Of a stretch of 64,000 bases of DNA, positions 38,718 to 49,600 are shown in pieces (position 1 is the stretch's first letter; every line of letters begins with the position of its first letter). Source of the DNA: Bryobacterales bacterium (GTDB taxonomy: Bacteria; Acidobacteriota; Terriglobia; Bryobacterales; UBA6623); the NCBI GenBank assembly GCA_965214655.1, contig OZ243965.1:2916048-2980047 (forward strand), in the 5' to 3' direction. The notes under the pieces are model-generated. The model did no database searches, had not been told where the DNA came from, and saw nothing but the letters and a program-made list of their open reading frames with translations. Made by a program: the position numbers and the translations under genes.

Positions 38718-40380
38718 CCGCTCGAAAAAATTCACCCGTCGAACGATTGGATGCGTTGCCGCGCTCGCGTCGATGACCGCGGCGCCGCTCTCGGCGCAGT
38801 TCCATACTTTTCCCGACGGCACATACTTTCGAGAGCAGTGGCAGTCCGCGCCCTACGGCGTCGAGATCGAGGCCGTGGCGAACCTCCAGGACTTCGTCGT
38901 CGACGACAAGCTCGAGCTTTCGTTGCGCGCCTACCTCGAGCTTGTCATGGTCAACCATACCGACGTGCAGATCCAGAAGTTGGCGGTGCTCGAGGGCGAA
39001 AACGCCGTCCAAAGCGCGATGAGCCCGTTCGATCCGAATCTCACATTGAACTTCAACACCAACCGCAGCACCAACCCCTCGCAAGACGTGCTGCAGGGCG
39101 GCGACGTCGTCAGCACCCTGCGGCAGAACGGCGGTTTCACCTACAGACAGACGCTCGATACCGGCACGAATTATCAGGTCAGCTTCACGGGCGTCAAGAA
39201 TTCGAGCAGCAGCACGTTTCGGACCTTCAACCCCTCGATTCAAGACACTCTGCAGTTCAATCTCACCCAACCACTGCTGCGCAACCGCGGCCGCCGCATT
39301 CAGCGGATTCCGATCTTGATCGCCAACTCGCGGTTCGACATGACCAGGGCTCAGGTGCTGCAACGCGTGATCGGCATCGTCGCCCAGGCCGAGAGCCTCT
39401 ACTGGCAAGTGGTGTCCAACCGCGAGAACCTCAACGTGCAGGAAAACAACCTCGAACTGCGCCGCAAGTTCCTCGAACGCTCGCAGCGCGAGCTGGAGCT
39501 CGGCGCGATCTCGCCGCTCGATATCTATCAGCCGGAACAGAACTTCGCCACCGCTCAGGTCGGCGTGACGCGCGCGCGCTTCCGCCTGCAGCAGGCCGAA
39601 GACCGCGTCCGCAGGCAGATCGGCGCGGATCTGCATCCGGATATCCGCAATCTGCCTCTTGTCCTCACCGAGTCGGCCGAGCCGCCCGCCTACGTGCCGG
39701 CGTTCGAGCCCGAAGAAACCATTGCCAAGGCGCTGCAAATGCGGCCGGAAATCCAGCAGAGAAGGCTCGATCTCAAGATCGACGACTATTCGATCAAGCG
39801 CGATACGAACGCACTGCGCCCCGATCTTTCTCTGACGGCCTCTTACCGAGCCACCGGCCTGGGCGGCAACCTGTTCGAAACGTCGCTGCTCGGCGGAACC
39901 GCGGGCAACTTCGTTCCCGGCGGCGTCGGCGATGCTCTCGACCAGTTGTTTCAATTTCGATTCCCGACCTACACCGCCGGTCTGACGCTGCAGCTCCCGC
40001 TGCGCAATCGGCGCGCGGCGGCGAACTTGTCCAACAGCGTCATTTCCAAGAAGCGCAACCTCTACAACCTGCGCTCGCTCGAACAGGAGATACGCCTGGC
40101 GGTGCTCAATGCGATCGCCGGCGTCGAGCTCAGCAAGGCCGCGATGCAACAGGCTGCGGTCGCGCTCGATTTCTCGCGCAAGCGTCTCGATGCCGAGCAG
40201 AAGAAGTACGACCTCGGCGTCAACACCGCCTTCATCGTCCTCGACGCGCAAGACGACTTGGTGCAAAGCGAGGCCGATCTGCTGCAAGAAGCGATCGGCT
40301 ACCGCCAGGCCATGGTTACCCTGCTGCAGTCGACAGGCGAGTTGTTGGCAGCCCGCGGCATTCAACTGAACTACAACTGA
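38710..40380 (+). CDS. TolC-family outer membrane efflux protein
   Basis: The ATG at 38710 overlaps the permease 3' end by 8 nt. Signal peptide ..AALASMTAAPLSAQ. Two OEP repeats with the typical L.L..A...A...N.D..... and coiled-coil segments. Confidence 0.88.
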   Translation: MSNRSKKFTRRTIGCVAALASMTAAPLSAQFHTFPDGTYFREQWQSAPYGVEIEAVANLQDFVVDDKLELSLRAYLELVMVNHTDVQIQKLAVLEGENAVQSAMSPFDPNLTLNFNTNRSTNPSQDVLQGGDVVSTLRQNGGFTYRQTLDTGTNYQVSFTGVKNSSSSTFRTFNPSIQDTLQFNLTQPLLRNRGRRIQRIPILIANSRFDMTRAQVLQRVIGIVAQAESLYWQVVSNRENLNVQENNLELRRKFLERSQRELELGAISPLDIYQPEQNFATAQVGVTRARFRLQQAEDRVRRQIGADLHPDIRNLPLVLTESAEPPAYVPAFEPEETIAKALQMRPEIQQRRLDLKIDDYSIKRDTNALRPDLSLTASYRATGLGGNLFETSLLGGTAGNFVPGGVGDALDQLFQFRFPTYTAGLTLQLPLRNRRAAANLSNSVISKKRNLYNLRSLEQEIRLAVLNAIAGVELSKAAMQQAAVALDFSRKRLDAEQKKYDLGVNTAFIVLDAQDDLVQSEADLLQEAIGYRQAMVTLLQSTGELLAARGIQLNYN

Positions 40381-40396
40381 GGCGTAAGCAGTCCGC

Positions 40397-41596
40397 CTAC
40401 GCTTTGCCGTACCGGAGCAGCCCCGTCGAATCTTTCGGGGGATGCGCGCGGACCGCTTCTTCGCGCGGCTCGGTTCCCCAGCCCGGGCGGTCGGGGATCG
40501 CCAGGCAGCCGTCCTCGATCGGCGGGGCATGCGTGAACAGATCGTCGTCCCAGGGGATGCGGTCGATGTCGATTTCCATGATGCGCAGATTGGGAACGGC
40601 GGCGGCGAAGTGCGCGTTCATCATCGAGCAGAGGTGGCCGTAGAAATTGTGCGGGGCGACATTGACCTCGTAAGCTTCGGCGCAGGAAGCGCATTTCATT
40701 GCTTGCCAGACGCCGTTCCAAACCGCGTCGATGATCGCCGCGTCGACCGCCTCCTGCTCGAAGTAGGGCAAGAAGCTGCGCAACCCCATCAAGGTCTCGC
40801 AGCCGCTGATCGGGTGCGCACTCTGCCGGCGGATGTGCGCCATCGCGCGGGGGTTGCGCGTGTCGATCTCGACCCAGAAGATGTCGAGATCGCGAATCTC
40901 GCGCAGGATCTGCAGATACCCCTCCGTCGAGCAGTTGAAGTTCAGGTCGAGCAGAATATCGATCTCCGGGCCGGCGCCCGCGCGCATCGCTTCGAGGTGC
41001 GCCCGGATGTTCCGCAGCACCTTGCGGTCGACGTTGCGGGCCGGCTCGAAAGGCGTGCCGAAGCCGGGCCGCCAGCCCCTGACCCCGCCGTCTTCATAGA
41101 GGAAAACGTTGGTTTTCAGCGCCGTGAAGCCGCGCTCGCGGACCTCGGCGGCGATCGCCCGCACCCCGTCGAGATCGGTAATCGCGGGTTTGTAGTATTG
41201 GGGATGATTGATGCGCCATGTAGCGCAGTGTGACCAATACAGGCGGATGCGGTCGCGGATTTTTCCGCCGAGCAGCTCGTAGCAGGGAACGCCCAGGGCT
41301 TTCGCCTTGGCGTCCAGCAATGCATTCTCGATCGCGCCGAGGGCTTCGCCCACGACGCCCCCGGCCGCGGGCCGCGTGGCGCAGAACAGGTCGACGTAGA
41401 TGCGCTCGTGCTCCCCAACCGGGCAACCGACCACTCGCTCGGCCAGCTTCTCGATCGCCGCGCTGACTCCCGGCGAGCCGAACCCTTCGTCGAATTCGCT
41501 CCAGCCGACAATGCCGTTCTCGGCGGTAAGCTTGACGAAATGGTAATTGCGCCATCCGGCATCGCAGTGCAGGGTTTCAAGCGCTCGAACTTTCAT
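40397..41596 (-). CDS. enolase-superfamily enzyme (mandelate racemase / galactonate-mannonate dehydratase-like)
   Basis: 399 aa. MKVRALETLHCDAGWRNYHFVKLTAENGIVGWSEFDEGFG (capping domain), a TIM-barrel part with ..ILLDLNFN.., FWVEID and ..PISGCETL.. as metal-ligand regions. Confidence 0.82.
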   Translation of the reverse strand: MKVRALETLHCDAGWRNYHFVKLTAENGIVGWSEFDEGFGSPGVSAAIEKLAERVVGCPVGEHERIYVDLFCATRPAAGGVVGEALGAIENALLDAKAKALGVPCYELLGGKIRDRIRLYWSHCATWRINHPQYYKPAITDLDGVRAIAAEVRERGFTALKTNVFLYEDGGVRGWRPGFGTPFEPARNVDRKVLRNIRAHLEAMRAGAGPEIDILLDLNFNCSTEGYLQILREIRDLDIFWVEIDTRNPRAMAHIRRQSAHPISGCETLMGLRSFLPYFEQEAVDAAIIDAVWNGVWQAMKCASCAEAYEVNVAPHNFYGHLCSMMNAHFAAAVPNLRIMEIDIDRIPWDDDLFTHAPPIEDGCLAIPDRPGWGTEPREEAVRAHPPKDSTGLLRYGKA

Positions 41597-41787
41597 TGAG
41601 GGGTTTCACCGTCCGCGGCAAAAGTCATGCAGGCGGCGTTACGCGCCCTGGGGCCGATGCAGGATCAGGCAAGCGCTGAGGAAACTCGGCGCCGCCCGCA
41701 GCGCTTGCCCCGCGGACTGTTATCGTAGCGCAGCGTTTCGATGCTTGGATATCGCTGCGCTTGCTGTTACCATGCGGAGTTTCAACG

Positions 41788-42705
41788 ATGGCGGGGCGCA
41801 TTCTCAAAGGCAACGCAATTCGCGATCGGATTCTTGTGGACCTGGGCGGCGAAATCGCGCTTTTGTCGCAGCAAGGGATCCGTCCGGGGCTGGCCGCCGT
41901 GCTGGTGGGCGATGACCCGGCATCGCGGATTTATGTCGGCAACAAAATAGAGGCTTGCCGGCGAATCGGACTTTTTTCGGAAACCATCCGCCTGCCGGCG
42001 TCGGCGGCGACCGATGAAATTCTGGCTGTAGTGGACGAGTTGAACGAGCGCGGCGACGTGGACGGCATCCTGGTCCAACTGCCTCTGCCCGATCACGTTG
42101 CCGAGCATAAGGTTCTGTGCGCGGTTCGCCCTGAAAAAGACGTCGACGGCTTTCACCCGATGAACGTCGGCAAGCTCGCGAGCGGGCAGCCGGCGCTTGC
42201 GCCGTGCACGCCGGCCGGGCTGATCGAGATTCTCAAGCGCAGCGAGATCCCCATCTCCGGAAAGAACGCCGTCATCGTCGGCCGCAGCAACATCGTAGGC
42301 AAGCCCGCCGCCCTGCTGCTGCTTGCCGAGAACGCCACGGTGACGATCTGCCACTCGCGCACGAACGATCTTGCCGCAGTCTGCCGCACGGCGGACATTC
42401 TCGTGGCCGCGGCCGGCAAGCCGGCAATGCTTACGCGGGACTTCATCCGCCCCGGAGCGGCGGTGCTCGACGTCGGCATTAACCGCGTAACCGACCCGGC
42501 CGCCGCAGCGGAGATATTCGCCGGCAGTCCGCAGCGTCTGGCGCGGTTCCGCGAGAAGGGCGCGGCCGTCGTGGGCGACGTCCACCCGGAGCACGTGCGC
42601 GAGACAGCCGGAGCTTACACTCCCGTTCCCGGCGGCGTGGGTCCGCTGACGATCGCCATGTTGATGGTCAACACGGTCAAGGCCGCGCGGCTCCGCCGCG
42701 GCTGA
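41788..42705 (+). CDS. folD: bifunctional 5,10-methylenetetrahydrofolate dehydrogenase / methenyl-THF cyclohydrolase
   Basis: Trimmed to the ATG at 41788 (MAGRILKGNAI..). LAAVLVGDDPASRIYVGNKIEACRRIG, DGILVQLPLP, VIVGRSNIVGKPAALLL and PVPGGVGPLTIAML. Confidence 0.95.
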   Translation: MAGRILKGNAIRDRILVDLGGEIALLSQQGIRPGLAAVLVGDDPASRIYVGNKIEACRRIGLFSETIRLPASAATDEILAVVDELNERGDVDGILVQLPLPDHVAEHKVLCAVRPEKDVDGFHPMNVGKLASGQPALAPCTPAGLIEILKRSEIPISGKNAVIVGRSNIVGKPAALLLLAENATVTICHSRTNDLAAVCRTADILVAAAGKPAMLTRDFIRPGAAVLDVGINRVTDPAAAAEIFAGSPQRLARFREKGAAVVGDVHPEHVRETAGAYTPVPGGVGPLTIAMLMVNTVKAARLRRG

Positions 42706-42732
42706 CCCGCGGAGCGGCGCTTATACTGAGGC

Positions 42733-44022
42733 GTGCATCTCCGCCGCAGGACGTTTTTGCTGGGGCTGGGCGCATTCGCCCAAGCGGCGGCCTGGGAGCG
42801 CGAGCCGCGCGAAACCTACGCCCGCCGGAGAAAGGTTCTCGCAGAGTCAGTCGGGGACGGTCTGATCGTCGTGCTCGGCTACGACGAATACGAAGGCCAA
42901 TCCGGGCAATCGAGCTTCCGCCAGGAAAGCCACTTCTATTACCTCACCGGACACAACGAGCCCGGCGCCGCCCTGGCCGTCGCTCCCGAACGGGGGCGGC
43001 AGCCGTACAGGGAAATTCTGTTCCTCCCCGAAAACGACGAGCACGCCTCGAAATGGCTCGGCCCGAGACTCGGCGTCGAGGACGCGGAAGAGTTGGGCGT
43101 CGATGAAGTCCTGCCCCGCTCCGAGTTGGAGTCCCGGGCGCGCACGTTGTTGAAAGACCGCAAGAGGCTCTACGGCTTGCTGCCGGGCGGCCCCGGCCGC
43201 GACCGCAACGCCGCGGAACGCCTGCTTGCGCGCCTGCAAGACCTGTGCCGCCGCAAGGACGTCCGCGACGTCCGCGACCATCTTGCGCGTCAACGCGCAA
43301 TCAAGTCCGCAGACGAAATCGAGACGATTCAAAAAGCCGTCGACGCCTCGATCGAAGGGCACTTGGCCGCATGGAAGACGATCCGCCCCGGCGTTACCGA
43401 GCAACAAGTGGCCGGCGCCATGGTCGGAGCGACGCTGACCGCCGGCTGCGAACGCATGGCCTATCCGCCGATCGTCGGCAGCGGACTGAATTCGACGATT
43501 CTGCATTACGACCGCAACGATGCGGCGCTTGCCGCCGGCGGCGTCGTGCTTATGGATGTCGGCGGAGAATACAGCCGCTACGCGGCCGACGTCACCCGTA
43601 CGGTTCCGGTCAGCGGCGCGTTCAGCGACCGCCAACGCAAGATATACGATCTCGTCCTGGGCGCCCAGAAGCAGGCTCTTGCCGCGGTCAAGCCCGGAGC
43701 GCGGCTCTACTCGCGCGTCCCCGGCGGCCTCACCCGCATCGTCGAGCGCTATTTCGAGCGCCATGGCGAGCCGGGCATCGGCTCGAAGTTTACGCACGGC
43801 CTCGGCCATCACGTCGGCCTGGACGTTCACGATCCCCATCCGCCGGACGACGAGCTGCGGCGCGGCATGGTGCTGACGATCGAGCCCGGCCTCTACTTGT
43901 CCGACGAGGGGTTCGGCATCCGCATCGAAGATATGGCGGTTGTCACCGGCGACGGTTGCCGGGTAATGACCGGCCGCCTGCCCAAGGAAGCCGACGCCGT
44001 CGAGGCGGCCATGGCCGCATAA
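42733..44022 (+). CDS. pepP: Xaa-Pro aminopeptidase (M24B family)
   Basis: GTG start, signal-like N-terminus, N-terminal AMP_N region (FRQESHFYYLTG). The pita-bread catalytic domain has DVGGEYSRYAADVTRT, HGLGHHVGLDVHD and TIEPG..IRIED as metal ligands. Confidence 0.88.
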   Translation: MHLRRRTFLLGLGAFAQAAAWEREPRETYARRRKVLAESVGDGLIVVLGYDEYEGQSGQSSFRQESHFYYLTGHNEPGAALAVAPERGRQPYREILFLPENDEHASKWLGPRLGVEDAEELGVDEVLPRSELESRARTLLKDRKRLYGLLPGGPGRDRNAAERLLARLQDLCRRKDVRDVRDHLARQRAIKSADEIETIQKAVDASIEGHLAAWKTIRPGVTEQQVAGAMVGATLTAGCERMAYPPIVGSGLNSTILHYDRNDAALAAGGVVLMDVGGEYSRYAADVTRTVPVSGAFSDRQRKIYDLVLGAQKQALAAVKPGARLYSRVPGGLTRIVERYFERHGEPGIGSKFTHGLGHHVGLDVHDPHPPDDELRRGMVLTIEPGLYLSDEGFGIRIEDMAVVTGDGCRVMTGRLPKEADAVEAAMAA

Positions 44023-44046
44023 CGGCCTCCGCCGCTCACGGATCTC

Positions 44047-45726
44047 TCACGGACAGGCGGGCGTGCCGCCGTTCGAGACGCCGTAGAATTTCCCGCTCGG
44101 GCCGCACCATTCGCGTCGAAACAGCCGGAACAGACGCTGTTGGGGAGAGGGCGCATACTCCATCACGGCCCCTTGCCTGCGCAAAGCCGCGGTCAAGGCG
44201 CGCACATCGATCTGCTGAACCGGCAGATCCGCGTCGACCGCCATCTTCGCCGCGACGCCGGCCGCCTGGCCGATGATCATGTACTGGGGCTCCATGCGCA
44301 GCGACGAGTAAGCTACGTGAGAGGCCGAGAACGCTACCGGCACGAGCAGGTTCACGGCTTCGCTCCGCTGGGGCAGCATCACCCGGTAAGGAATTTGATA
44401 AGGCTCGACCGGAACCTGCATGTCGCCTTCGTTTTCGGCAAATCCGCGCGCGTTCACAATCCGCTGGATGTTGTGGGAGTCGCTGTTGTACGAGCCCATG
44501 CCGATCGGATCGGGCTTCGTGCGCTCGCTCTGCAAGTCTTTCTGGGTGACGACGAACTCACCGACCATGCGCCTGGCCTCTCGAATGTACATCTGGTGAG
44601 GCCAATGCGCGGTATCCGCGTACTCGTCGCGGGGCAGCCCCCATTCGTTCACTTCGCTCTGCAGCGGCTGAGGAACCCGCGGGTCGTTCGCCAGAAAGTA
44701 AAAAAAGCCTTGGACGTACTCCACGTGGTCCTGCCGAATTGCCGCCTTGCGGGCGTAGTCCGCCTCGGGATACTGCCAACTGCCGCCGATATGGTCGGTC
44801 GAGAACGCCCCGTGATTGTTGATGTCGGCCTTTTGGTTGGGGATGTAGTCCGGCTTCATCACGTCGGACATGACCGGCGGCCGTCCCGTTTGCCGCTCCA
44901 AACCGGCAAGCAGCCGCGCCAGGAGCTCATAGCGTTCGGGGCGGTAGTTGCGCGGTTTCGGCCAGGGGAGCCGATTCCTGGGGTCGCGCGAGGCAATCAC
45001 GCGGAAGTTGTAGGCCTGCACTTTCCTGTCCGCGGAACCGGGCTTCGCCGCGAGCTTTCCGTGTACGTGCGGCAGCAGCTTTTCCGCAAAGTCGTACGGA
45101 TCGACATCCACTGCAAACTGGTGTTTCGGCGTTCTGCCGCGCACCCCGGCGAGCGATTCTCCGTATTCGTCCGCGCCTTCGCGCCCCCAGGCGTAGGAGA
45201 CTCCGGCCTGGGCCATCAGCTCGCCTTCGTAGGAGCAGTCGGCGAAAATTTTCCCGGCAAAGACATCTCCCCGCTCGGTTGCGATCGATGCAATGCGCGC
45301 ATCCGTTTTCGTGACGCCGCCGCGCTCGCGGAGGCGCTGCCGGAAGCGCACGTCCACTCCCGCCTGGGAGAGCATCTCCAGAAGCACCGCCTCGGCTACA
45401 TGCGGCTCGAACGCCCAAGCCGTATCGCCGCGCACGCGCCGCACGTTGTAGCGGATGCCGACCCGCCAGGCGAACTCCAGAGCGTAGCCGCCGATGACCT
45501 CGCGCTTGCCGATGTCCGACCAGCTCAGCCCGCCCGTCACCATGCCGCCAACGTGGTTTCCGGGTTCGAGCAGCACGGTGTCGAGCCCCTCGCGCGCGCC
45601 GCTGACGGCGGTGATTACGCCGCCCGCCGTTCCGCCGTAGACGACCAGATCGAACTGCTCGGCCGCGCCGAGCGAAAAGCTCCCGGCGAAGGCCAGGAGC
45701 GCCGCTGGAACAGCGGTGCGCCTCAT
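44047..45726 (-). CDS. secreted FAD-dependent oxidoreductase (FAD_oxidored family)
   Basis: Signal peptide MRRTAVPAALLAFAGSFSLGAA, then the dinucleotide-binding motif DLVVYGGTAGGVITAVSGAREG. 559 aa, typical of the family often annotated as xanthan-lyase-like. Confidence 0.8.
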   Translation of the reverse strand: MRRTAVPAALLAFAGSFSLGAAEQFDLVVYGGTAGGVITAVSGAREGLDTVLLEPGNHVGGMVTGGLSWSDIGKREVIGGYALEFAWRVGIRYNVRRVRGDTAWAFEPHVAEAVLLEMLSQAGVDVRFRQRLRERGGVTKTDARIASIATERGDVFAGKIFADCSYEGELMAQAGVSYAWGREGADEYGESLAGVRGRTPKHQFAVDVDPYDFAEKLLPHVHGKLAAKPGSADRKVQAYNFRVIASRDPRNRLPWPKPRNYRPERYELLARLLAGLERQTGRPPVMSDVMKPDYIPNQKADINNHGAFSTDHIGGSWQYPEADYARKAAIRQDHVEYVQGFFYFLANDPRVPQPLQSEVNEWGLPRDEYADTAHWPHQMYIREARRMVGEFVVTQKDLQSERTKPDPIGMGSYNSDSHNIQRIVNARGFAENEGDMQVPVEPYQIPYRVMLPQRSEAVNLLVPVAFSASHVAYSSLRMEPQYMIIGQAAGVAAKMAVDADLPVQQIDVRALTAALRRQGAVMEYAPSPQQRLFRLFRREWCGPSGKFYGVSNGGTPACP

Positions 45727-45785
45727 GCGCCTATTGTAAGATCGAGATCGACTTTCGATTCCGGCACCGCGGCTGTTATCGTGGA

Positions 45786-46577
45786 ATGATTCCTCTTTTG
45801 CGCCCTATGGATGAATTCCTTGGCCGAGCGCTTCCGCTCCGCAGCAAGCGGAAAGGCAACGGAGCCGGCATAAGTCTCATTGCCGCAGCAGCGGCCTTCA
45901 TTGCGCCGGCGTTGCTGCTTTTTCCCTCTCCCGGGTTCGGCCGGACCTGCGAGCGCAATCCGTCTCAGGCGCAGCGGTTTATCGAGAAGCGCCGGAGCGC
46001 GCCGGTCATGAGCGCCGTATATGCCGACTGGCTCACCCGCCCCGAGCGCGACAGCGAGGAACAGCCCGACCGCGTTGTCTCGGCGCTGAAAATCCCCCAA
46101 GGCGCCGTTGTCGTCGATCTTGGCGCAGGAGTCGGCTATTTTACGTGGCGGCTCGCCAAGCAGGTCGGCCCTGCGGGCAAAGTCATTGCCGTCGATATCC
46201 AGCAAAGAATGCTCGATCTTCTGGCCCGGAACCTGGCCGAGCGCGGCCTTGAGAACGTCGAAACGGTTTTGGGCACGGAAGAAGACCCCCGCCTGCCCGA
46301 GAGCCGGGCCGATCTCGTTCTCATGGTCGACGTCTATCACGAGCTTGCCTATCCGCTGAAAACGATGGAGCGGATCCGCCGCTCGTTGAAACCCGACGGC
46401 CGCTTGGTGCTGGTCGAGTACCGCAAGGAAGACCCCACGATTCCGATTCAGCCGCTGCACAAAATGACCGTCGACGAGGTGCGGGCGGAAATCGAGCCGC
46501 TCGGATTCCGCTTTCATGAGTTGCTGAGCTTCCTGCCCACGCAGCACATCGTCGTCTTCAAGCCGTGCAATCCCTGA
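45786..46577 (+). CDS. class I SAM-dependent methyltransferase with N-terminal hydrophobic segment
   Basis: VVDLGAGVGYFTWRLAKQVGPAGKVIAVDIQ (motif I/II), ..DLVLMVDVYHEL.., LKPDGRLVLVEY. The start is uncertain (alternative Met codons downstream). Confidence 0.8.
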   Translation: MIPLLRPMDEFLGRALPLRSKRKGNGAGISLIAAAAAFIAPALLLFPSPGFGRTCERNPSQAQRFIEKRRSAPVMSAVYADWLTRPERDSEEQPDRVVSALKIPQGAVVVDLGAGVGYFTWRLAKQVGPAGKVIAVDIQQRMLDLLARNLAERGLENVETVLGTEEDPRLPESRADLVLMVDVYHELAYPLKTMERIRRSLKPDGRLVLVEYRKEDPTIPIQPLHKMTVDEVRAEIEPLGFRFHELLSFLPTQHIVVFKPCNP

Positions 46578-46626
46578 CGCCGCCCGCGGCGCCTCCCGGA
46601 TGAGCGGCGGGGAGCGCAGGCGGAGC

Positions 46627-49600
46627 TCAAGCTCCGGCGCGGTCGGGGTCGCTGCCGTACCACACCAGCAGAATCCACCGCGAGCAGTTGTCGAGCAGCA
46701 CGTAATAGGTCGGCAGCACGACCAAGGTCAACAGCGTCGACGCCATCAGGCCGCCCATTACGGTCCGCGCCAGCGGAAAATATTTCATCTCGAACAAGCC
46801 GCCGCTACCCCAGGCGAGCGGAATCAGTCCGACGATCGTCGTCGCCGCAGTCATCGTGATCGGCCGCAGCCTTTCCGCGCAGCCGCGAAGAATCGCTTCC
46901 CGGCGCTCGATTCCGGCGCGGCGCAGGTTGTTGATGTGATCGATCAGCACGATTCCGTTGTTGACGACGATGCCGACGAGCACGATCATGCCGATCCAGG
47001 CCATCATATTGAACGGCGTGCTCGTGGCGAGTAGGAAAAGAGCGACCCCGACCACCGCGAAGGGCATGGACAACATGATCGCGAACGGGTGGAAGATCGA
47101 CTCGAACAGCGCCGCCATCACGAAATAGACCATGACCAGAGAGAGCATCAGGTTGAACACGAACTGAGCTTCTTCCTGGTCGTTCTGCTGCGTCCAGAAA
47201 CTGTAGGTCCAACCGTAGCCGGGCGGATACGCCAGCGAGTCCAGAACCTCCTGCATGGCTTTCCGCCCTTCGTCGATCTTCTGGCCGGTAAAAACGGCCT
47301 GGACATAGGTATAGGTGCGCCGGTCTTCGCGCCGAATTCTGCCGGGAACCTTTTCGAGGCTGAAATCCGCGACTTGCTCCAACGTAATCTGCCTTCCATT
47401 GGGGCCGCTGCCGACGATCACCGCCTTGAGATCTTCGATGCTCTGCATGTCCGCCGGATGGAGTCCGATCCACATTTCGGTCTCGCCGTCCGCGGTGCGG
47501 AACCCTCTCATGCGGGCGGCCCGCACCGTCATGCCGAGCACTTGGCTCACCGTCTCGGCGGAAATATCGTATTTGCGGGCCACTGCGCGGTTCATCCGTA
47601 TCTGCACTTCGCGGCGCGCGTCCTCAAGTCCGGCGTAGACCTCGCCGAACTGGTCCAGGGCCATGAGCCTCTTCCTGGCCTCGGCCGCCAGCCCGCGCAG
47701 CACGACAGGGTCGTCGCCGTAGATATTCGCGCCCACCCACGATTCGCTCTGAGCGCCTTCTTGCCGTCCGGGCTTGATCTCGGCGCCGGGGATCACCGGC
47801 AGGCCCTCGTCGATCTTCTTCCGGATATCGGGCATCTCCGCCGCCGAGATTACGTTCTTGTCGAAATAAACGCGGGTCGAGGCTTGGTTGTTGGAGTAAG
47901 TCGTCATCGTCGACTTGATCTTGAATGCATCCTGGTTCGCCAGCAGGAAAGCTTCGACCGGACGCACGTAGTCGGCCGCGATCTTGGCGTAGTGGTAGTT
48001 TTCCGAAAAGTCGTAATTGATCCGCAATTCGCTCAATTCCTGGGCGTCGGGCGTGGTGTCTGGAACGACCTCTGTCAGCAGATAAATCGCGCCGGCCAGC
48101 ACGGCGGGCACCATGAGCAGGCCGGTGAGCTTGGGCCAACGCAAATGCCAACCCACCCAGGCGACATATTTCTCGGTGATGTCCGCGCGGCCCCGCCCGC
48201 CGGGGCCGCCGCGAACGATCCTCGCCGCCAGCCGCGCAGGCGCCGCCAGCGCGTTCGTCAAGGCCGCCTCGAAACGGGAGCGCCGGTTGACATCGATATC
48301 CAAAAACCGCGAGAGCGCCAGCGGAATCAAGGTCAGAGAGATGAACAGCGAGCAGGACAGCGCGAATATGATCGACAGACCGACGTGTCCGAGCAAGACC
48401 GAGTTCTGGCTTTCGGAATCGAGCAGCAGCGGCACAAAGATGATCATCGATGTCGCCGTGGCCGCAATTACGGCCATCGTTACCTCGCCGGCGCCGATCA
48501 CCGCGGCGTCCTTCCGCGCGTCGCCCCTTTCGAGCTTCTGGAAAATGGACTCCAGCACGACGACGGCGTTATCGACCAGCATGCCCGCGGCCAACATCAG
48601 ACCCATCATCGAAAGCGTGTTCAACGTCTTCCCGTTCATGTACAGAAAGCCGATGGCGGCAACGATGGAAAAGGGAATCGCCGAGCCGATGACGAGACTG
48701 GCGTTCAGCCGCCGCAGGAAGAGAAACAGCACCAGAACCGAGAGCACGGAGCCGATGACGCCGGCCTTCAGCAGCTCCACGAGCCCCTTGTAAATTTCGT
48801 CGCCGGCATTGTGCCACCACATGACTTCCAGACCCTCGAGCGCCGGATCGGCCTTCCATTCCTCGGCGAGCGCCATGATTGCGTTGACGGTATCGACGGT
48901 ATTCGCTTCCGACGTTCGTTGCACCCAGAATCCTACGGCGAATTCGCCGTTCAAAAGACGCCCGTAATCGCGGTCCCGTTCGTCGTAGCGGATGTCGGCG
49001 ACGTCGCTCAGGACGAGTCCCGCGAATTGACGGGAAAGTCGCGCAGATCCTCCAACGAGGTCATGCTTCCCTTGGCCACGGCGGCATAGCGCATGCCGCC
49101 GTCTTCCATCCGGCCGAGCGAGACGTTCAGATTCGAGCCGTCCAGCGCGCGGAACAGGCGGCCGACGTCGACCCGGTAGCGTTTGAGGTCGTCGAGGCGC
49201 AGATAGATGTCCACCTGCTTGCGGTCGGTTCCGTAAAACTCGACGTTTCCCACTCCGCGGATACGTTCCAGGGGCTTCTGGATCTTGGCGTCGAGGAATT
49301 CGTAGTCTCCGCGCAGATCGCGTTTCGCGGAGATCGACCCCTCGACGATCGGGATCTCGTCGGTGTTGAAGTTGCGCACGTGGATCAGTCGCAGATCGCT
49401 GGGAAGGTCTCCGCGGATGCGGTCGATTTTCTCGCGGATTTCGGCGCGCAAGATCTCGACGTCGGCCGACATGCCGCAAAAAATTTCGATCTGGACGGAA
49501 TCCTCGCCGGTCCAGGAGCTCATCCGCTTGACCCCGGGGATGGTCGCCAGCACTTCTTCCACGGGTTTCGTAATCGACTCGAGTATCTGTTCCGGGGTGG

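Noticed and set aside
41597-41787. A ZTP (pfl) riboswitch upstream of folD.
   Set aside because: The conserved cores (…GACUGGCG…ACCACCGGGGAG… and the 3' CCGCCUGGGCA) are not present. Only a loose CGCCCUGGGGC resemblance was seen.
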